From contig JAEOTQ010000158.1 of the NCBI GenBank assembly GCA_016839785.1, positions 1 to 13,181 of the forward strand: a stretch of 13,181 nt of DNA, written 5' to 3'. This stretch comes from Candidatus Hodarchaeota archaeon. Its GTDB lineage: Archaea; Asgardarchaeota; Heimdallarchaeia; Hodarchaeales; Hodarchaeaceae. The stretch's first letter is position 1. Every line of letters begins with the position of its first letter. Of the stretch, positions 1-6,061 are shown piece after piece. The position numbers and the translations under genes were made by a program. The notes beneath the pieces were generated by a model. That model saw nothing but the letters and a program-made list of their open reading frames with translations. It had not been told where the DNA came from and did not search any database.

Positions 1-1
1 A

Positions 2-1156
2 TTTCAGAGACGCGATGTTTTAGATAGTTCCTTTGTACCTAAGAATCTTCCACATCGAACGGAACAAATTAAACAACTGGGGTATATTTTAGCCTCAGTT
101 TTACGAGGAGCGAAACCCAGCAATATCTTGTGCTTTGGAAAAACAGGTACAGGCAAGACCGCTGTTTCTAAGTATGTTTTAAGTATGTTAAAGGAAAAGG
201 CTCCCGATCATGGTTTACGGGTCGAAGTGGCTTATTTAAATTGTAATAATGTTGATACTAACTATCGAGTCTTTGCAGATCTGTGTAGTACCTTAGGTAT
301 TGAGGTTCCTTTTACTGGACTGGCAACCGATGAAGTGTTTACGAGATTCAAACAGGGTCTTGATCAACGTGAATCACTTTTCATTGTTGTATTAGACGAA
401 ATTGATAGTTTAATCAAGAAATCAGGTAATGAAACGCTTTATAGCTTAACACGTATCAATTCTGATCTTTCTAGTGCCAAAGTGAGTATTATCGGTATAT
501 CTAATGATCTTAAATTCAAGGATTATTTAGATCCAAGGGTTCTTTCCTCTCTTTCAGAAGAAGAAATTGTTTTTAAACCATATGAAGCACCTGAAATAAC
601 CGATATACTTGTTGAAAGATCAGAACTTGCTTTTCGTCCTAACACATTGGATAAAGGCGTTATTAACCTCATTGCTGCTATTGCTGCCCAAGAGCATGGT
701 GACGCCCGAAGAGCGATGGATTTACTTCGTGTTTCTGCAGAAATTGCTGAAAGAGAACACTCGGAAGTAATAACCCAAGCCCATGTTAAAACAGCCCAAG
801 GTGCAATTGAACGTAATACTATTACTGAAGTAATCAGTACTCTTCCTATTCAATCAAAAATTGTAATTTCTTCAATTTATCAACTTGAAAGTGTTACAAG
901 TGATCCCGATGCAGTTTCAACCGGAGATGTTTACGAGAAATATGTACAATTGTGTCGAGATGCGGGTATGGACTCTCTCACACAGCGACGTGTAGGAGAT
1001 CTAATTAACGAACTTGATGCTCTTGGGATCATAACAGCACGCGTGGTTTCTAGAGGGCGGCATGGACGAACCAAGGAGATTCATTTTAGTATCCCCCGTA
1101 CTTTGGTTGAATCTACTTTGCAGAAAGAGAAACAATTCGATTTTAGACTTTATTAG
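2..1156 (+). CDS. cdc6: Orc1/Cdc6 replication initiator, AAA+ ATPase with winged helix (5'-truncated by the window edge)
   Basis: The frame is open from base 2 (FQRRDVLDSSFVPKNLPHRTEQI...), so the TTG at 128 is not the real start. Walker A GKTGTGKT, Walker B VLDEID, IIGISND, LDPRVLSSL, sensor-2 GDARRAMDLLR, winged helix LTQRRVGDLINELDALGII and wing SRGRHGRT. Confidence 0.97.
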   Translation, partial: FQRRDVLDSSFVPKNLPHRTEQIKQLGYILASVLRGAKPSNILCFGKTGTGKTAVSKYVLSMLKEKAPDHGLRVEVAYLNCNNVDTNYRVFADLCSTLGIEVPFTGLATDEVFTRFKQGLDQRESLFIVVLDEIDSLIKKSGNETLYSLTRINSDLSSAKVSIIGISNDLKFKDYLDPRVLSSLSEEEIVFKPYEAPEITDILVERSELAFRPNTLDKGVINLIAAIAAQEHGDARRAMDLLRVSAEIAEREHSEVITQAHVKTAQGAIERNTITEVISTLPIQSKIVISSIYQLESVTSDPDAVSTGDVYEKYVQLCRDAGMDSLTQRRVGDLINELDALGIITARVVSRGRHGRTKEIHFSIPRTLVESTLQKEKQFDFRLY

Positions 1157-2706
1157 GGAATTTTTTTCAAGTCAATCATTGTTATTTCTCCTGTTCCTGT
1201 ATCTACGACTGGAAATACTCCAACTGATACATTATCACTTGATTTCTCCCCATTTTTCAATCCTTTCTTGAATGTCCCACATGTAGCTATACGCACGCCT
1301 TTGTAAGTCTCGTTCTCCGCTTGATGAAAGTGTCCCGTCACTAACACATCAGGTATTTCATTAATCACTAGATAATCTCGTGAATATGGCGCATAAGCAG
1401 TAAACGATCCAAATTCTGGTGATAAATGACGATATTCTAATAATTCTTTGAAACCTTGAATCGGAGAAGTCCGTTTAATTTTCAGAAGTCCATAGAAAAT
1501 ACTATCACAACTTTGTGCATGAAAAATTAGAAATTTCATTCCATTGATTGTCAAACGAAGAGGATTTCCGTGGTTTTTGATATTTGGAAGAGAATATAAA
1601 GCTTTTCCAATCTTTTTGTCAATTGCAGGTTGTGGAATAGCTAGATGAGAGGCATCGTGTTCTCCAGGAATTGTGAATATTGTGATTCGCTCGGGAATTT
1701 CCTTCAGTAGCTCAATGAGTTGTTCATATTGTTCTTCGAAAGAATCAGTGATTAGATCACTTGTCTCCTTTGTCACCAGTCCCGTTCCCTCTACCAGATC
1801 ACCAGCAATAATTATTGAGGAAATTTCTGTTGGGGAGAATGGAATATCTGGTATACTGACTCTTTCATTCAGATATGCAATTAGACGGGAAAATAAACGG
1901 CCTGAGAATCGCTTTGAGCCTAGATGGATATCTGAAATACAAAGAACTTTCGTTGAGGTTTCTGATGATGAAAATTGGTGTTTTTTAAATGAAGGTCGAA
2001 TAATATCTTTTCCCCAAAATGCTGTAAGTTCTCCCTCGTTGAAATTTTTGGGTAATACTCCAGCTACTCCAATCACCGAATCCCTGACAATCCTTCTGTA
2101 CTCTGGAAAGGAAGAACTATCTTTAACCATGACGCATTTTGTAGTACGTCCGCTTAAATGATCTTCTAGTTGTATTACGAAGCGATTTGTGTGTAAAACT
2201 TGGGTGTCGCGAATCATCCCAATGAGGATTCCAGATCTATGATGAGGGATTTCATCTTGTTGTAAGGAGTGTTTCAAAATCGTGGTGTCAGTGTCTAGAG
2301 TTTGAAGTAATAATTTTGATAGTATGTGATATCGGTCAAGAAAAAGATTCCGAAAAATCGTTATCTTCGGTTCCTGTGAAAGTTTGTAGGGGATATCTAA
2401 ATCAATAGAGTAATCTATCTTTTTTTCAGGTTCGAGTGATGCTTTTTGTTCTAGTGAAATTTTTTCAATGTCATCCTTTTTTCCAATTATTGAAGAAGTA
2501 GAATTTTCTCCCTGTCCTTTCTGATTTCCTCTGAGATTTTGTTTCAAGACATCTATAGAAATCACTGGTTCTAATTCAGTTTGGCTCTTTAATAATTCTT
2601 TTAGTTCTTTTTCTGAAATATTATGATTTTGTATAAATTCTAAAGCTTCAGCACTAACATTATAATTATATTGAAGAAAAATCCTTACTATCTCAACCTT
2701 TTCCAA
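1153..2706 (-). CDS. polD1: DNA polymerase D small subunit DP1 family (N-terminal helical domain, OB fold, calcineurin-like phosphoesterase) with divergent catalytic motifs
   Basis: N-terminus IVRIFLQYNYNVSAEALEFI; FRNLFLDRY; OB-fold IGMIRD...IQLED; phosphoesterase motifs ISDIHLGS, IIAGDLVEG, IPGEHDA...PQPAI, NP, FH, RHLSP, DYLVINEIPDVLVTGHFH. TTG start with AAGGAG 10 nt upstream; an in-frame TGA at 2728-2730 limits any extension. Confidence 0.92.
   Translation of the reverse strand: MEKVEIVRIFLQYNYNVSAEALEFIQNHNISEKELKELLKSQTELEPVISIDVLKQNLRGNQKGQGENSTSSIIGKKDDIEKISLEQKASLEPEKKIDYSIDLDIPYKLSQEPKITIFRNLFLDRYHILSKLLLQTLDTDTTILKHSLQQDEIPHHRSGILIGMIRDTQVLHTNRFVIQLEDHLSGRTTKCVMVKDSSSFPEYRRIVRDSVIGVAGVLPKNFNEGELTAFWGKDIIRPSFKKHQFSSSETSTKVLCISDIHLGSKRFSGRLFSRLIAYLNERVSIPDIPFSPTEISSIIIAGDLVEGTGLVTKETSDLITDSFEEQYEQLIELLKEIPERITIFTIPGEHDASHLAIPQPAIDKKIGKALYSLPNIKNHGNPLRLTINGMKFLIFHAQSCDSIFYGLLKIKRTSPIQGFKELLEYRHLSPEFGSFTAYAPYSRDYLVINEIPDVLVTGHFHQAENETYKGVRIATCGTFKKGLKNGEKSSDNVSVGVFPVVDTGTGEITMIDLKKIP
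1161..1167 (+). terminator. Candidate oligo-T terminator of cdc6, lying inside the 3' end of the DP1 gene
   Basis: T7 run starting 5 nt after the cdc6 TAG; archaeal intrinsic terminators are oligo-U tracts. Confidence 0.4.
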
Positions 2707-2849
2707 GACATTAGTGCTCCTTACTAGTCATTCTCCTAGAGTAATTGTTCACAATATTAGAGAGTTTGAAGATAACACTACAATAATGAAGTAAAATCCT
2801 CATATTTTTGCTTTTTAACTTATATTCTAAAAATATGACTCACAATGTG

Positions 2850-2887
2850 AAAAGAAAAAAGAGTTGTGGGAGAACTTACAGTTCTCT
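2850..2887 (-). terminator. Hairpin plus U-tract terminator downstream of aglB
   Basis: Inverted repeat GAGAACT(2870-2876)-TAC-AGTTCTC(2880-2886), followed on the minus strand by TTTTTTCTTTT (2850-2860); about 18 nt after the aglB stop. Confidence 0.6.
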
Positions 2888-2904
2888 ATGAGTCTACAAG
2901 CTTT

Positions 2905-5079
2905 CTAGGGTGCAATGGCACCTGGGGGTATGACATCCCACAAAATCTTGTAGATGTAGATCCAATCGTGAGTGGTTTTGTATGCAAGTTCGTAATAATT
3001 TGCATATTCTGCATATTCGGGTGAAAAACCTCGTGCCGGAGGTGCATTATCAACAATTGGACTATATTGAGTGATTCGACTAGTATATGCTTCCTCGGTA
3101 ACTCCAGCTGTAAATAATGCCCAAAAAACAGAATCGTAGAACTTGTCGACGTATCCAGTGATATACTGACCTCGTGAATCGAATTCTAAGTAATCATCTT
3201 GATCGATCTGGAATATATTTCCACGTTGTTCTCCGATACGAACGAACCATGGAACTTTTCCAAGATCCGAATCTAAGCCGAATGTACCATATCCATCGGA
3301 AACAAGAAGTGCAATATAGGTTACGTCGTACAATTTAGCAATCTTTAACGATTGCCGTGGGTCAAGAACTAACATACATCCGACATTTCCTATCTTCGTA
3401 CTGTTGATTGTAGCATTGTCTACAAGTATAGTAACGTTTGAGTTACCACTTATCCAATATCCGTAGTCCCACCAAGATGCGGTGACATCATTTACCGTAG
3501 AATGGTAGTCTAACCATCCAATTGCTTCCTGCCAATCATTTCCAATAATAAGTGATTGCCCTCCACTACCAGGTACAATTGTGAGAATTGAAGGGGCTTG
3601 AGTTGAATCAAATGCTGCTTGAGTGGCATTCAGAACTGAAAATAATAAGAATAAACCAATGAATGAGAAAGCTATTGCAGTATGTTCATTTGACATCGGT
3701 TGGATAAGCCGTGTTTTCCTTCGACTTAGTGCAAATCGCTCTTGGAAAGTTAACACAAAAGGTAACAGAGTTTGATCAATTGCTTTTGCAGCTAATAATG
3801 CAGCTGCAGGTGCCAATATCAGGGCTAATCTTACCATTGACCCAGCAAAGTATATTGAAGTAAATCCAAAGATTAAAAGCAACAAATTTCTTTCTGTTGG
3901 TTTCTCATACAAATAATACATTGCCAATGGCAATAAAAATAATAATACACCGTTATTTCGGAAAAAGCCAGCCCAAGAAACCAATTGATGTTCACTAACC
4001 GATTTTAAAATTGGTGTCTCATCTCTAAAGAAGGGTAAAATAACTGTTATGAATTTTGATGATAGATTGGTTGCTACTCCTGAAAGGAGAAATAATGCGA
4101 TACCAATGACAATCCCCAACCCAATCAATGGATAGTATGATTTAATCTGTCCTTTCAGATCTGTTAAATCATATAGTGATGAAATAATCCTAAGAAGGGA
4201 TACAAGGACAAGTAAACCTAGTACTCCTAATGGGATCAGCCCATCAGTCGATAATATCGATGCAGGTCCATTTCTAGGTATTAAGGTCATAATAAACGAG
4301 CCAATTACAACCGACCCTCCATATGCAAGCAGTAAGCGGTCTGAATCTTTTCTCATTAATATTAATATGAATGCATGAAGTGCTAATAGATTAAATACAT
4401 AGGTAGATGCTCCCCAAGAACCAGATAAAACACCCAAACAAATACCTGCCCATATAGCCATTGAAGCAGATCCTGTTCTTAACGCTTTAGCATAAAAGTA
4501 TAAGGTTAGGACTAAGAATAGAATCCCAAGGGCTTCATTGTCAAAAAACCCTGCTATAGTACGTTGCAGATGACCTGCAGAGATTGAGAGGAATAAAGCT
4601 GATAATAATCCTACTTTCTTATTCCCCAATTCTTTTCCTAAGAAGTATATTGCCACGCATGTAAGTGCTCCAAATAAAGGAGGTTGGATATATGCTACAA
4701 ATTCTAATGGAACATGAAGTCCAAGTAAAAGGAATAATTGATGCAATATTACTGCTGAAAGGGGTGTTCCAATATATTGTGATTGTCCCCAATAACGTCC
4801 TTCTGGATACCATGTTTGAGGATCGACCCAACTAAAAAAAGCCTCTAATCCGTTGGTTTCGATATATTGTGCCGCTCTAAGTTGAGAAAAAGGATCATTT
4901 GCAGCCAAAATGATTTCATAGGGTCTTAACATTGCTAAAATTCGAACTAGAAAAGCTAAAACAAATATAAATATCAATGCTGTATAGCTGAACACCATTT
5001 CTCTGCTTATCGTAGTAGTTGCTGCACTATATCGCTCTCGAAGATCATTGGTAAGTCGGTCTAGGATGACGGGGGACAA
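2905..5079 (-). CDS. aglB: Oligosaccharyltransferase catalytic subunit AglB/STT3
   Basis: Multi-TM N-terminal region; NDPF, WYPEGR, RTIAGFFDNE (DNE at 4534-4542), SVSEHQ (3985-4002), MVRLALILAP, WWDYG (3460-3474), DNATINST, DK motif DLGK (3256-3267). TTG start with AAGGTGA 6 nt upstream. Confidence 0.97.
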   Translation of the reverse strand: MSPVILDRLTNDLRERYSAATTTISREMVFSYTALIFIFVLAFLVRILAMLRPYEIILAANDPFSQLRAAQYIETNGLEAFFSWVDPQTWYPEGRYWGQSQYIGTPLSAVILHQLFLLLGLHVPLEFVAYIQPPLFGALTCVAIYFLGKELGNKKVGLLSALFLSISAGHLQRTIAGFFDNEALGILFLVLTLYFYAKALRTGSASMAIWAGICLGVLSGSWGASTYVFNLLALHAFILILMRKDSDRLLLAYGGSVVIGSFIMTLIPRNGPASILSTDGLIPLGVLGLLVLVSLLRIISSLYDLTDLKGQIKSYYPLIGLGIVIGIALFLLSGVATNLSSKFITVILPFFRDETPILKSVSEHQLVSWAGFFRNNGVLLFLLPLAMYYLYEKPTERNLLLLIFGFTSIYFAGSMVRLALILAPAAALLAAKAIDQTLLPFVLTFQERFALSRRKTRLIQPMSNEHTAIAFSFIGLFLLFSVLNATQAAFDSTQAPSILTIVPGSGGQSLIIGNDWQEAIGWLDYHSTVNDVTASWWDYGYWISGNSNVTILVDNATINSTKIGNVGCMLVLDPRQSLKIAKLYDVTYIALLVSDGYGTFGLDSDLGKVPWFVRIGEQRGNIFQIDQDDYLEFDSRGQYITGYVDKFYDSVFWALFTAGVTEEAYTSRITQYSPIVDNAPPARGFSPEYAEYANYYELAYKTTHDWIYIYKILWDVIPPGAIAP

Positions 5080-5085
5080 TTTTAT

Positions 5086-5092
5086 TCACCTT
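5086..5092 (-). promoter_or_regulatory. Shine-Dalgarno site for aglB
   Basis: Minus strand reads AAGGTGA-ATAAAA-TTG. Confidence 0.7.
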
Positions 5093-5289
5093 GGTTGTTG
5101 AAATTCAGTTATCGCGTAAGAATCAGAAAAATCCTCATCTGATTGAGGATGCGTTGAGTATTTTACATTCGGCCCCCTTTTGCAATATTTTAATAATTTA
5201 ATGACACAATTTTTTAACATGCATTTCGGACTGGAGGACTTACACAGAAATGTGTGAAAGCAGAATACACATCTTAAATGGTATGGATA

Positions 5290-5628
5290 ATGACAAAACA
5301 ACCATTAGATATTGACTTGGAACTGTACGAATTAGTTTTTCCTGGTCAACTTATAGGTAAAGCCGTAATTGATAGTGATGCACGTATGGTTGGAGTAATT
5401 CGAAATGTGAGAATTCAAATTCCGTCGCCATCAATTTCTTTGATCATAAAAGGTTTAGATACAGAATTCACGGTGAAAGCTGAGAATGTCCAAGCAATCG
5501 GGAATGTTGTACAATTAAATATAACAATCAAGCATTCTGAACCCATTGAAGTTAATGATGTAATAAAGCTTAGAAATGAAATCCAGGAAGAAATAATTCA
5601 CTTTTTTCAAGTGCTACAATCTCGATGA
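5290..5628 (+). CDS. PRC-barrel domain protein with C-terminal helical extension
   Basis: QLIGKAVIDSDARMVGVIRNVRI...SLII...VKAENVQAIGNVVQL fits the PRC-barrel pattern (L.G..V.d.dG..vG.V.dv...i....v..iGd.v.l). Start is ATG 5290 or ATG 5278. Confidence 0.8.
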   Translation: MTKQPLDIDLELYELVFPGQLIGKAVIDSDARMVGVIRNVRIQIPSPSISLIIKGLDTEFTVKAENVQAIGNVVQLNITIKHSEPIEVNDVIKLRNEIQEEIIHFFQVLQSR

Positions 5629-5631
5629 ACC

Positions 5632-5652
5632 TTTCATTTATTAAAAATGAAA
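5632..5652. terminator. AT-rich inverted repeat between convergent genes, possible bidirectional terminator
   Basis: TTTCATTT-ATTAA-AAATGAAA, 8-bp arms, in the 48-nt gap between two stop codons. Confidence 0.35.
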
Positions 5653-5676
5653 ATTTTCTATCTAAATTCCAATCAA

Positions 5677-6048
5677 TTAAGAAATTTTCTGAAAAATACC
5701 AAAGATTTTCTCAATTATATCTAAGATATACGCGATTTCCTCAGGGGTGTCTGCTGAAGCAAGTTGATTTGTCAGGAAGGTGATTTTTCCTGTTAATACA
5801 TCTCTAAGCTGAGTAGTTGCTTCACCCAAAGAAAATGTCTGTTCTATTTTCTTGATTTCCTCTTTATTTTTGATGTAAAGTGCTTTCCTTTCGCAATTAG
5901 GACAGAAAATGTCTTCATTCTTTTTAAAAAGAGGAACTGCACAATCAGGACATGATTCACTCAACATCGTTGCTCCCGAAAGCAATAATTGGCTCATTTT
6001 TGTTAGATCAGGTTTCTTTAGTTTCTTATTATTCCCCATATATTTCAT
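5677..6048 (-). CDS. UPF0148 / Sjogren's syndrome-scleroderma autoantigen p27-like Zn-ribbon protein
   Basis: KMSQLLLSGATMLSESCPDCAVPLF...IFCPNC is the family signature (M..LL..GA.ML...CP.CG.PLF...CP.C), followed by a helical C-terminus. Starts 13 nt after the valS stop, so probably co-transcribed; ATG 6039 is an alternative start. Confidence 0.88.
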   Translation of the reverse strand: MKYMGNNKKLKKPDLTKMSQLLLSGATMLSESCPDCAVPLFKKNEDIFCPNCERKALYIKNKEEIKKIEQTFSLGEATTQLRDVLTGKITFLTNQLASADTPEEIAYILDIIEKIFGIFQKIS

Positions 6049-6061
6049 TCCCAGAGTCTAA

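Noticed and set aside
128-130. ORF-track start of cdc6
   Set aside because: Conserved Cdc6 sequence continues in frame to the window edge, so the gene is 5'-truncated.
1133-1153. Cdc6 C-terminus QFDFRLY as a PIP box or HbYX motif
   Set aside because: It has only one terminal aromatic and Phe at position 4; the Tyr is last rather than penultimate.
1062-2161. ORFs 1062..1271 and 1673..2161 (+)
   Set aside because: Shadow ORFs overlapping cdc6 or antisense to DP1, with no recognisable motifs.
4619-5301. ORFs 4619..4831 and 5086..5301 (-)
   Set aside because: The first is an alternative frame inside aglB; the second spans the divergent promoter region and the PRC start, with no motif or SD.
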